64,000 bases of DNA, from the NCBI RefSeq assembly GCF_009914755.1, contig NC_060941.1. The stretch is one strand, 5' to 3'. Under the pieces are notes generated by a model that was not told the DNA's origin, made no database searches, and saw nothing but the letters and a program-made list of their open reading frames with translations. This stretch comes from the human T2T-CHM13v2.0 reference genome, Homo sapiens. The position numbers and the translations under genes were made by a program. Of this stretch, positions 14,301 to 29,790 are shown one piece after another; the first letter of the stretch is position 1, and each line of letters starts with the position of its first letter.

Positions 14301-16470
14301 GAGGAAATAAATGCTATAATTCTATCAACACCTACAAACTGTTATAATAGATCCGTATTGGATCCCCAAACAAACCCAGTCCTGGGTTGCAGAATCTGTA
14401 CTTTGCCTTACATATTGGACCAGAGTGTAACTGTGTAATAGAAGGTTTACGGTAGTGACCACATATTTTTCCTTGCAATATTCTGTTCATTCGTGTGTAT
14501 GTTGTAAGGATCACTGAGTCTTTCTAACTCAAATTTAAAGCATTATGTGTGAGTGTAGTTGGGATGTAGGGTAAAGTGAGCTAATGATTGAAATAACCCA
14601 GCCTGTTCCTTTTACCAAATTTGGGGCAAGAGTAAAGTGGAGACTCCTAGACCTTGCCTTCTGTGGCAAGGAGGACTCTTTCCACCTCCACTCCTGTGAG
14701 CCACCTTGGTCACCTCTTGTGCTTTGGGGTGGTAACACTTATAAAACAGCATATCTTTGTGAGGGACGTCCAAGAGAGAGACTCTAGCAGGCCCTAGAAG
14801 CAGGCTTGAGGCTGTCTTGACAGAAAATTTCCCAATGTCAGGTACCTGGAGCTTAGTGGGGTGGGGATGAGGGGAGGCTGCTGTAGGTGGACATGAACCT
14901 TTGGCCTTGGGGGTTCCTCAGTCCATGAGGATTGTGGCAGGAGGAGAAAGAGTGAGCCTGTTAAATCTCCAGTTACAGGGCAAGACCCTGGGTGCCCAAA
15001 TCTAAGGGTGATGCTATAAATAACATTACAAATGAGGTTATATATGTTCATTCATTTATTCTTCAAATATATTTTGACTTTCTACAATGTCTTATGAAGT
15101 ATGCTGGGTACCAAGAATATGCAGGTGGCTAATTATGCAAGATGATGTGAATGCTTTTTAAATAAACTTTCCAGAACTTATACAACCAAATGAATGCAGT
15201 TTCTACTGCTTCAATTATTGTGGAACTATTACTCTCTTTAGAAATTTTGCTTCAAAATCTCAAATACATACAAGAAGACTATGTATAGGTATATAATGTA
15301 TGTGTGTATACATGTGTGTGCATGTGTGTGTATAATATTCAGAGATTTTAAGGGTCCCCCCTTTCTCTTTACAGATGAAGAAATCAAAGTTCAGGAATGG
15401 TAAATGTTCTGATCAAGGTTGTTCTGCTGGAGTGGTGGTTGATCTCAAGCTTCCCGCAAGCCTGTTGACTACAGCATTGATCAGTTCGCCTAAGTTTCCT
15501 GACTGTAAATATCATGGCTGATTCTAATATCATGCACAAAGCCTGTCATTCAGAGAGATGGTGCTACAAATTGTTTTACAGTTTTAGTTGTGTTCAAATC
15601 AACCAAGTATAAATCAGAATGTCATCAAGGCTATGAGCTCCACCTTTCTAAATCTGGGTATTCCACTTCCGAGAAGGGTTTTGTGCCTGAGAGGTTGATA
15701 TCTGCAACTGTCTCAAGGCTCTAACTTTTCATAAACACTATTGCAAACTAGTTTAGGTTGTACAAGAGAAGACTTTCTTTTAAAAATCAAAAGTATAGGT
15801 TTTGATTCATCTTTGCAAGATGGGAGAAAAAAGCAGAAATAAAGTCTAGCCTCCCAGATGACCTCAATATTGGAAATGACCCATGCAAGCACTTTCACTG
15901 AGAAGTGAATGAAACTAGGATAAATTGCTGCCAGATTTAGTGTACAACAGGTCTGATTTTGTTGCTTCACAACTTTTTTTCTCATCAAACAGTAGAGTGG
16001 ACTTCGACATGGAGAAGATCCTGTCAAAACTTCACTTACACTCCCTAATTCAGAGGGGTGAGGGCAGGTAGTGGGGCAAAGAGCCATGATACACAAAGTG
16101 CAGGCCACTGCCCCCCACTTCAACCTGACCTAATCCATCATGGGAGTTCACATTGCCTCAGCCAAAATAAATAGAGAGACGCCCTTCTGCACAACGGAGA
16201 CTTGTCTAGCTGTGACTGCCTACTCGTCACCTCTCAACATCCACTCAAACCCCCAAGCTACTGAATGCCTAATATAAATGCATAGCAAAATGTAAATTTT
16301 CTGTTTTTCTCTCATCTGGGACTACAGAATTTGGGCAGGAACACCCCCTCCCACACACCAATTTTTGACAGAACATATTATCATCCTTATTGCTTAAGAA
16401 AGGAAAGAACTCCCTCTACAAGAATGGGACCAAAGAAGAAAAATTTAAAGACTTAGAAAAGATATCACAT

Positions 16471-16866
16471 CGGATGAAACTGGAAACCATCATTCTCAGC
16501 AAACTATCGCAAGGACAAAAAACCAAACATCACATGTTCTCACTCGTAGGTGGGAACTGAACAATGAGAACACTTGGACACAGGAAGGGGGGCATCACAC
16601 ACTGGGGCCTGTTGTGGGGTGGGGGGAGGGGGGAGGGATAGCATTAGGAGATATACCTAATGTAAATGATGAGTTAATGGGTGCAGCACACCAACATGGC
16701 ACATGTATACATATGTAACAAACCTGCACGTTGTGCACATGTACCCTAGAACTTAAAGTATAATAAAATATATATATTTTTTAAAAATATAAAAAATAAA
16801 ATAAAATAAAAAATTTAAGAAAAATAAAAAAACTGTGAGGCTCCTGCACAGTCAAAAAAAAAAAAA
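16471..16866 (+). mobile_element. L1PA (PA4/PA5-like) 3' end, 5'-truncated, with extended tail
   Basis: ctatcgcaaggacaaaaaacc, G-rich 3' UTR tract, cctagaacttaaagtataataaa. TSD aaaagata(t/c)cacat at 16457-16470 and 16867-16880. Confidence 0.95.
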
Positions 16867-17079
16867 AAAAGATACCACATTCAAAAAACGGTACCTCACT
16901 GAAAATTTGACGCAAATCCTTCTCTGTTAAATAAATTTGCTACAAGAAAGAGCAGAAGGTTTTAGAAAACTGCTAATCTGTGGGCTTAATTTTCAAGTGC
17001 CTATTAAATTTATCAATCCTCATTAAGCATTCCTGAGGAGAAAATCATCTCCAAGCAAGAGAGATGGGCATTAAAAAGA

Positions 17080-17310
17080 TTACTGGATTAAAAATCACTA
17101 TGTTCACTACAAACAGAAGATTAGATTCTGTAGAAAATTGAATTAAATAGATGACAAATCCCAGACATTTATCCAATACTCATAGGAAAAAAATGGAATA
17201 GGTAAAAGTGATGAGGGAAAAGGTGAGAAAGGTGGAGGAGTCAGATCTACAAGATCCTACTAGGAATATTAGGACAGACTGAGAAAATTGATAGAAAATA
17301 AAATGAGTAC
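17080..17310 (+). mobile_element. Decayed L1/HAL1 ORF1-like fragment
   Basis: A-rich aacagaagattagattctgtagaaaattgaatt resembles ORF1 coiled-coil-coding DNA. Confidence 0.4.
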
Positions 17311-17728
17311 TAATGTAGCCACTTAGACATAGCCTCCAAGTTATACTGATTCTATCACTTCCTCCCATTTCTGATGCCACATCTTCTTCATACTTCTAAT
17401 TTTTTATTTGTTTCATTTGTCTATTGGCTGCAGTACTTTTTCTAGTAAATGCCTAGAATGTGTCCAATAGTATCCCCATCTCACCAGAAACTTCTGTAAT
17501 GTGCATTTATCTCATCTCCTGGGCTACTGCTGTGTGTCAGGAGCCATACCAAGAGTTGGAACTATAGCCTCAGCCTGGGCCTCCATTTCAAGATGTGACA
17601 TTGAGTCCCCAGTTTTAATTCCCTCCTCTCCTCCATCCTAAACTCCCACTGATATCTCCAAAAAAACATGAAAACAGGAAAATGTGAATGACAGTGTATT
17701 GGAAAAAAAAGATATATGTCATCAAGGG

Positions 17729-17980
17729 ATCCCAGAACTTTGGGGAACTGAGGTGGGAGGATCACTTGAGCCATAGGAGTTTAAGACCAGCCTGGGCAAC
17801 ATAGTGAGACCCTATCTCTGCAAAAGATAAAAAATTAAAATTAGTCAGGTGTGGTGGCACGCACCTGTAATCCCAGCTACTCAAGAGACTGAGGTGGAAG
17901 GATTACTTGTGCCTATGAGTCTAAGGCTGCAGTGAGCCATGATCATGCCACTATACTCTAACCTGGGTGACAAAGCAGGA
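17729..17980 (+). mobile_element. AluJ, truncated at both ends
   Basis: ggaggatcacttgagcc, aaggctgcagtgagccatgatc. No A tail. Confidence 0.88.
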
Positions 17981-18462
17981 TATATATGTGGAGACCATCT
18001 GTAAGTTACAAGTAAACATAGGATCAAACTCAGACAGGTACACAAATGTCAGTACATCACAGGAAATACCCATCTGGAGAACAAGCAGACAGCAGTAGCA
18101 CTCCATCACATGGATAACCAAAACAAAGGAGGGACTGCAACAGCTAAGAGTGAATAACTCACACTAAATGAATCGTTCCAAAGAATAAGGGCCAATGTTC
18201 CTTCTATACTTTACTCACTCAAAGAAACAGAAGTGTACTACATACAGAAAAAGGAAACCACCTAAGATCAGAAAAGACTGCCGATTAACAAATTTAAAAA
18301 CAATGCCAATGGTCATCAGCACATCAGATACAACACAAAACACTGATTAATGGATTACATTGTGGCGAACCCACCATGTTTGACACTAACAGTAAGTCAT
18401 GTTTTAAGCAGTCCCATAATATAACAAATTATTTTTATTAGTACTCATGAGACAAAACAATG

Positions 18463-18761
18463 AGCCAGGCACGGTGGCTCACACCTGTAATCCCAGCACT
18501 TTGGGAGATTGAAACAGGCGGATCATTTGAGGTCGGGAGTTTGAAACCAGCATGGCCAACATGGTGAAACCCTGTCTCTACTAAAAATACAAAAATTAGC
18601 TGGTTGTGGTGGTGGGCGCCTGTAATCCCAGCTACTCGGGAGGCTTAGGCAGGAGAATCACTGGAACCCAGGAGGCAGAAGTCGCAGTGAGCCAAGATTG
18701 CACCATTGCACTCCAGCCTGGGTGACAGAGCAAGACTCCGTCTTCAAAAAAAAAAAGAAAT
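18463..18761 (+). mobile_element. AluS (Sx/Sz-like)
   Basis: Full dimer. TSD aaaacaatga. Confidence 0.93.
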
Positions 18762-18949
18762 AAAACAATGATAATAACTAGAAAATAAATCATAAATCAC
18801 AATGAAATTATTCTTTTATTTTATATCATATAATCCCAGTAAAAATACATTAAAAATAAATATTATAGTACAAGAAAGGGAAAATGAATTACACATTTTT
18901 TAATTACATTAATGCATTTTTAAAGGGGGGATAAAACACATGTTTAACA

Positions 18950-20650
<1,701 letters not shown>

Positions 20651-20920
20651 ATGAAGAGATAATTTTTAAAAAGACCGCATTTTGCAAGCCTTAAAAAATG
20701 ACTTGCACATAAAATGACAATATAAATAACTCAAGTTCAGTTTCTTCCTCTTCACACTCATTATGCTGCTATTGTTTATTTCTAATATAATGTTTAAATT
20801 CAGGAAGAGCCAGTACTATTAAAAGCTGGAGAGACAAAGAAAACACAAATAATTCTGAAAGTCACTACCTAGCTCTCCAAACAAATGTGTATACGGTTTT
20901 GCGTATATGTGAAGCTTATA

Positions 20921-21188
20921 CAGTTATGCACTTAATGATGGGGATATGTTTTGAGAAATGTTGTCATGAGGCAGTTTCATCATTGTGTGAACATTATACG
21001 GTGTACTTAAACAAACCTAGATGGTAGAGCCTCTTACACACCTAGACTATACAGTGTAGCCTATTGCTCCTAAATTACAAACCTGAACAGCATGTGACCT
21101 GAATACTGTAGGCACTTATAACACAACAATAAGCATTTGTGCAACTAAATACAGCTAAACATAGAAAAGACACAGTAAAAAATGTGAT
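20921..21188 (-). mobile_element. Tigger3 (MER7/Golem) DNA transposon, truncated
   Basis: TA followed by cagttatgc terminus, acaaacctagatggtagagcc...tagcctattgctcct. Confidence 0.85.
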
Positions 21189-22030
<842 letters not shown>

Positions 22031-22740
22031 CTGAAAAATTATGGCTTCTGTTCTTATCATAATTTCTTACCAGACAGCAGACTATTTCAAGAAAAAAATA
22101 ATAACATCGTAAAGTTTGTAACATATGTAGTTGTAAAAATGTGGCAAAAGGTGGTGAGTAGGTAAGTAGAATTATACTGTGCTAGAGTACTGTATTTGTG
22201 AAGTAGAAAATAAGAAGTAGAAAGTGTTAAGTTTGAATGAGAGGTGGGAAGTGGGAAAGGAAACTGCAAAGTTTCAGATGTGAAGTGAAAATTAGAAGTA
22301 TGAAGGGTCACTATGAAATGTGAAATAGTGCCATATTGACTGTAAAAAGACTGATACTTTAATTATACCAATTTTTAGATCTAAAAAAAAACTACATTTT
22401 TTGAAGGCATATTTAAGAAGACAATGCAAAAACTAAAATAGAAGAGTAAAAAAAATTTTAAATAACCCCAAAGAAGACAAGAAAAAAGCAACAGAATACC
22501 AAAATCAGGAAGGATAAGTGGGGAGAAAAGCAAAATAGCATACTTAACAGCTAATAGCAATGTTACTGTAATAAGTTAAAGATATATATTGCAAACCTTA
22601 TTGTAAACACCAAAAAAAGAAGTATAGCTAATAAACCAACAGTAAAAAAAATACTCAATCCAAAAGAAAGCAGAAAAAAATAATTAAAAAAAGAAAATAC
22701 CAATAAGCAAAATAATAGAAAACAAAGAGTGAGGAGATAA

Positions 22741-22960
22741 TTTTTTTTATTCACCTGAGTAGTCCAGGTGAACTTTCATTTATTTAGATTTTAATTTTTT
22801 CAAATTCCAACCAGAAGCTAAATACAATTGGGAATTGGTTAGCACTATTTTTGCTCCAAAGGAGTAGGATCATTTAGATTTACTCCAATAAAAGCAAAGC
22901 TTTTCTTCATTTAAAAGAAAAAAAAACCTCTATATGGTAGTCTTTCCTGATGTTAATTGC
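22741..22960 (-). pseudogene. Candidate retrocopied mRNA 3'-end fragment inserted antisense into L1
   Basis: Non-L1 sequence interrupting L1. On the minus strand, AATAAA (plus-strand TTTATT 22779-22784) lies ~30 nt before an A run (T8 at 22741-22748). Parent gene not identified. Confidence 0.4.
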
Positions 22961-23660
22961 ATAAAATAGGAAGGTAAATGTAAATCCAAACCAATAATTT
23001 AACATTTCAATTAACATTTAACATTCTCTATAAGGGTAGGGGGAAAAAGACAATACCCAACTATATATAAAATAGTATATGTCATATAACTATATTAAAA
23101 TATTATGTAATATTAGTTACATATGACACATGAGTAGAAAATGGAGTAACTACAACACTAGAGAAAATAGACATCAGAACAAAGATTATCACCATGGGTA
23201 AAAGAGACATTTCATAATGATAAATCAATCAATTCATCAAAGAGATACAACAACCCTAAATTAGCATACATTCAATGACAGCTTTAAAATGCATTTGAAA
23301 ACTTTAATAACTGAAAAGAAAATAAATTCATAATTTCTGTTGGAGATTTAACATTCTTCATTTAATAGCCAGGTAAGAACAAATAGATCAAAAATCAGTA
23401 AGGATATAGGATACTTGAATAAAAAGATTAACCGGTGAATCAGATAGAATTGGCATTTGTAGAACACTCCACCCAATAACTGCAGAATACATATTTGTTT
23501 CAAGTACACATGAAATATTCACTAAGATAAGCCATTTTTTGGCCATAAAATGAATCTCAACAGAATTAAAAGTATTTAAATAATATAGTATATTCTCTGA
23601 TCACGACAAAATTAACTTAGATATTAATAACTGAAAACGTATCTAGAAAATCCACAAATA

Positions 23661-23967
<307 letters not shown>

Positions 23968-24798
23968 AGAAAATCCACAAATATTCAGAAATTATACAAC
24001 ACACATATAAATAATCCACCTATTTTAAAAGATATTAAAAATAAAATTAGAAAAATTATTGAACTGAATGAAAATAAAAACATAGCATATCAAAATTTGT
24101 AGGAAACAGGTAAAGAAGAGATGAGAGGGAAACTTATGTCTTTAATTGTGTATGTTAGTAAAATAGAAACCTCTAAAATCAATATCCTAAACCTCTCCTT
24201 TAAAAGCCACAAAAGATAAATTTAAATTTAGTAGGAAGAAGAAAATAATAAAGATGAGGGTAGATATCAGTATAATACAAAATTTTATGAAGAGGAAATC
24301 AAAATTGGTTTTTTGAAGAAATCAATGGAATTGATAAATTTCTATCAGGATTAATAAAGAAACAAAGAGATACAACATGAATTTTCAATACCAGGAATTA
24401 AAGAAAGAACATGACTACAAACTTTACAAACATTAAAAGAATAATAAGAAAGTATTTTTTAAAACTTCACAACAATATAGTCAACAACCTAGATGAAATG
24501 GTCAAATTTATTGAAAGACAAAAATTATCAAAACTAACTCAAGGAGAAACAAAATGTCTGAATATTCTGTTATTTACTAAAGGAATTAAATTCATAATTA
24601 AAATCTTTCTATACACACAAAAAAAGTCCAAGCCTGGTTGTCTTCACTGGTGAATTCTACCGAACACTTGAGGAAAAAACAAGATCAGTCTTAACACCAA
24701 CTCTTTCAGAAAATAGAGGAGGAGGGAATACATCATAACTCATTTCACAAGGCCAGTTTTATCCTGATACCAAAACCAGATGAAGATAATACAAGGCA

Positions 24799-25401
<603 letters not shown>

Positions 25402-25577
25402 AAGATATTACAAGGTAAAATTAGATACCAATATACTTCATTAACATAGATTTTTTAAATCCTCAACAAAATATCAACAAAATTAATACAACAATATATA
25501 AACAAGATAATAGACCATGCCCAAGTGGGATTTTTATCCAAGAATTGTATGTTGGTTTAACATTTAAACATCAGTCA

Positions 25578-25959
25578 GATTTGAAACAACCCAAATTATT
25601 TTCAATGGGTGAATGGATAAATAAATTTAATGCATCCATACAATGGAATATTACTCAGCTATGAAAAGAACAAACTATTGATGCAGGCAACAATGTATAT
25701 GGGTCTTAAGAAAATTATGCTGAGTGAAAAAAATCTCAAAAAGTCACATACTGTATGATTTCATTTATACAATATTATTGAAGCAACAAAATCACAGTGA
25801 TGGAGAATAGACTAGTGGTTTCCAAGGGTTAGAGTTCAGAGAAGGTATAACTATTAGGCAGTAACACAAGAGAGTTTCTTTGTGGTGATAAAACAGTTAT
25901 GTATCCTGATGGTAGTGATGGTTACAACAAGTCTATATATGCGATAAATTTCGTAGACC

Positions 25960-25999
<40 letters not shown>

Positions 26000-26195
26000 G
26001 AAAAAGAGAGAGAGAGATGGTCGAATTCAAATTCTATAGTTGAATTAGTGTTATTGTACCAAAGTCAATTTTTTTATTTTAACACTGCACTCTGGATATT
26101 ATCATGAAGGAAATCTGGGTGAAGTGCACACAGGAACTCTTTTCTATTATTTTCTTGTGTCTTAAAGTATTCCAAAATAAAAAGCATTAAAAAGA
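25578..26195 (+). mobile_element. L1MC-like 3' end nested in the older L1 body
   Basis: gaaacaacccaaa...catccatacaatggaatattactcagc...catactgtatgatttcatttat, ending in ttccaaaataaaaag. Confidence 0.8.
25961..26017. repeat. (AC)n-(GA)n microsatellite
   Basis: About 19 AC units with one interruption, followed by a GA run. Confidence 0.95.
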
Positions 26196-27154
26196 GCAAA
26201 TACAACGCTATTAAAAGTAGCTTTACAAAAGAAACCAGTTATAATAAAATGCAGCCATCAAAATATTAAAAATCAAATTTGTGATATAGTAAGAAAACAT
26301 GATCATTGTATTTCAACATATTAACAGAATAAAGGAATAAAAATTGATTATCTCAGTAGATGCAGATAAAGTAAATGACAGAATTCAATTATAAACAGAA
26401 ATTCCAGCAAACTAGAAATAGAAATTTCCTCAAAATGGTAAAGAACGTCTATGCAAAATCTGTAGCTAACATTGTATTTTATGACAAAAGAAACTGAACG
26501 GTATCTCTAGAGATTAGCAACAAGGCAATTTGAACACTCTCTTCACTATATTAAGGCAAGGTATTCGCCTCTGTTAAACAATCTACTGGAGGCCTATGCT
26601 GGTGCAAAAAGGCTTTAAAAATATACAGATCAGAAATGAAGAAGTAATATTATTTTTTTCTCAAAAGACATGATTGTCTGCATATGAAGTCTATTGAAAT
26701 CTACAAAAAACACGCTACTATAACTGTTAAGTTCCAAGGACACAAGTTCAATGCACAACAAAATCTATTATATTTCTATATATTAGCTCAGACTACGAGA
26801 AGCTGAAATATACAAAATTACTACTTACAAAAGTATCAATAAACATACAAATACTTAGGGATAAATTTCATGAAATTCTACAACACCTACATTTTTGAAA
26901 ACTTTAAAATATTGCTGAGAGAAATCTAAAATCATTTAAATAAATGTAGAGATACAGTATACCATGTTCATGGATGAGAAGATTCAATTGTTAAGATGTC
27001 CATTTTTCTCAAATTTTTCTATATATTCAACATAATCCCAGTCAATATGCCAGCAGTATTTTCTAAAGAAATGGGTAAGATGATTGTAAAATTTATACAG
27101 AATTTCAAAAGACCAAGAATAGTCAAAATAATTTTAAATATTGAGAACAAAGTT

Positions 27155-27510
27155 GAAGTATAGAAAATCAATAAGGGTATAAAAGACTTGAATATGACTA
27201 TCAACCAACTTGATGTAATTGATTTTTATAGAATAATCCAGTCAATAACAACAGAATATACTTTCTTTTCAAGTAAACAGAACATTTAGGAAGGCAGACC
27301 ATATCCTAGGCTAGCCAACAAGTCTCAATCAATCTGCAGTGATTTGACTCATGAAGTATTCTCTGACTACAATAGAATTAAATTAAAAATAAATAATAGG
27401 AAGATAACCGGAAAATCTCAAAATATATGAAAACAAAATAGCACACTTCTATATAATTCATGTGTCAAATAAGATACCAAAAAGAAAAGTATAATGTTTT
27501 TGAAACTTTT
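27155..27510 (+). mobile_element. Separate L1 ORF2 endonuclease-region fragment
   Basis: Homologous to 23385-24070 (aaaatcaataagggtataaaagacttgaa...tattctctgactacaatagaattaaa) but out of register with the upstream L1. Confidence 0.75.
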
Positions 27511-27524
27511 GCGAAACTGAGATA

Positions 27525-27660
27525 CTTATTCCTATTTTACAGGTGAAAAAACCAGTTCTGAGACCTTAAGTGTTCTGTTCAAAGCCACATGACTAGAGTT
27601 TGCCAGAGCTGGAATTCATATTCAAGCTGTGGTGGTTCCCAAGCCCAACATGCTATCCTA
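27525..27660 (-). mobile_element. MIR fragment
   Basis: cctattttacaggtgaaaaaacc...cagagctggaattcatattcaag. Confidence 0.7.
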
Positions 27661-27724
27661 TATAACTAGTCACTAATATATAATTGCTCCTAGAACCCAG
27701 GATATATCAGAACTTAATTGGTAG

Positions 27725-27998
27725 TAGTAACAGCTAACAATTATTAGGCAATTAATACAATAAGGCATTTCTTGCATAGTACCTTATCATATAGCACTTT
27801 GCCTGTATTGATTCATTTATTACTCAGTACAACTCTATGAGGATGGTACTATATCTATTGTCATCTTATAAATGAGGGGACTGAGGTGCAGAGAAGATAA
27901 GTAACTTGCCTAGACAGTTAGTTAAGGTAGAACCGTGACTTAAACCCAAGCAGTCTGGTTCCAGAGTTTGCATCCTTAACCAGGATACTGTATTGCCT
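27725..27998 (-). mobile_element. MIR, near full length
   Basis: atgaggggactgaggtgcagagaagataagtaacttgcc...aaacccaagcagtctggttccagag. Confidence 0.88.
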
Positions 27999-28243
27999 TC
28001 AGATTGTATGTGTATGTGGTGAGAAGGAGGAAGAGTGAGAGACAAATTGTGTTTTTAATGAAACTAGTGTCACATTACATTTGTCAAAATAAATTTATAA
28101 TTTATGTGTCAAAATAAAGATTATATGTAAATTTAAAATATTAGAGACATGAATAAAAATATCAATTTAAAGTGTCAAATATATGTGACTATCTGACAGA
28201 AGAAAAGAGGTCTATTCATAAATATTATTAAAAAATCAATATC

Positions 28244-28590
28244 CAGTCCTTCAGTATTCATGAGGGACGCATTACAGTACACCCACAGATAACAAAATCC
28301 ACAGATTCTCAAGTCTCTGATATAAAACAATGTCATATTTGCAAATAACCTACGTACAACCCCTTATATACTTTAAATCATCTCTAGATTACTTATAATA
28401 CCTAATTATAGTATTAATGAATGCTGTGTAAATAGCTGCCATGATGAATTGTTTAGGCGATAATGACAAGAAAAAAGCCTGTACATGTTCAGTATGGATG
28501 TGACCATCCTTTTTTTCCCACCTGAATATTTTCAGTTTGTGATTGGTTGAACCAACAGATGAGGAACCCATGAATTCGGAGGTCCAACTG
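28244..28590 (+). mobile_element. MER2 (Tigger-family MITE)
   Basis: cagt...aactg termini followed by TA, tatactttaaatcatctctagattacttataatacctaa. Confidence 0.9.
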
Positions 28591-28599
28591 TACAAATAA

Positions 28600-29790
28600 C
28601 ACTAAAATTTAAACTTTTGAAACACAGAAAATGAAAAGATGTTTTTTGGTTAGAAGATTAATAGCTATAATATATAAATAGGCCTTATAGAACAATCAAA
28701 AAGAACACTCATTTATTCTAATATAAAAACAGGCCATGAATATAAACAGACAAAATAACAGAAGAGTTAGAAGAGGCCACTACACATAATGCAAACAAAA
28801 AGAAGAAATTCCAGTAAAGACAGAAATGCAAATTTAAAACAAATATCCTTTTGTCCACGTTTGTATGGCAAAGATAATTCTGTATTTGTTTTCAATAAGT
28901 CCTTTTGCTTTTGTTGTTGTGTTCAAATAATTCTTTTATGCAATGGAAGAAAAAGTATGGCCTTACTCATATACTGCTTACAGGCTTGTCAATAATATAA
29001 TTTTTCTAGTGTTTACATTGTCAATATGCATTTTGAAAGCCTAAAGGCCAGGCGTGGTGGCTCATGCCTGTAATCCCAGCACTTTGGGAGGCCAAGGCAG
29101 GCGGATCACGAAGTCCAGAGATCGAGACCACCCTGGCCAACATGGTGAAATGCTGTCTTTACTAAAAAATACAAAAATTAGCTGGGCGTGGTGGTACATC
29201 CCTGTAGTCCCAGCTACTTGGGAGGCTGAGGCAGGAGAATCACTAGAACTTGGGAGGAGGAGGTTGCAGTGAGCTGAGATCAAGCCGCTTCACTCCAGCC
29301 TGGCAACAGAGCGAGACCCCATCGCAAAAAAAAAAAAAAAGCCTAAAACATATTATATCTTCATATCAGTAAAAACTTTATGAATTTGTAATGAATAAAT
29401 AATCAGTGTTGCACACCAAGATTTACATGGAGAGATGTTCTTGGCATAATATATGATAGAAAAATAGGAAATAATCTATATGTACATTAGAATATTGGTC
29501 AACATGATCAAATACGTACAGAAATTTAAAACCAAATTTTACAATAAGTTTTGGAAATTTTTAAAGAATGAAAAAATGTGCAGGCTATCGTATGCAAAAA
29601 CTTAGCTTAGGTAGAACATGAACACAATTGTTTATATATAAAGCCAAAAGGAGACACATTTTTAAATGGAAAGAAAGGCAAAACTCTAACATTTATCTCT
29701 GGGTTGTGATATTTTGCAGTATTATTATTATCATTTTTCAGATTTTCTATCATACTCCTTTGTTATTATAATCAGAAAAATTATAAATTC
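28600..29790 (+). mobile_element. Decayed L1ME 3' region, interrupted by AluSc
   Basis: aggccatgaatataaacagacaaaataacagaag, gcacaccaagatttacatggagagatgttc, atctctgggttgtgat. Confidence 0.6.
29046..29337 (+). mobile_element. AluSc
   Basis: gagatcgagaccaccctggccaacatgg, cagcctggcaacagagcg. TSD aaagcctaaa. Confidence 0.92.

Noticed and set aside
16615-16637. G-quadruplex motif
   Set aside because: Standard G-rich tract of the L1PA 3' UTR, not locus-specific.
24411-24653. 80-aa ORF resembling L1 ORF2p (NLDEMVKFIERQKLSKLTQGE)
   Set aside because: Real L1 homology but only a remnant of a dead, frameshifted, Alu-interrupted element.
27155-27510. Apparent local duplication of 23385-24070
   Set aside because: The copies are highly diverged; two independent L1 fragments covering the same ORF2 region explain it better.
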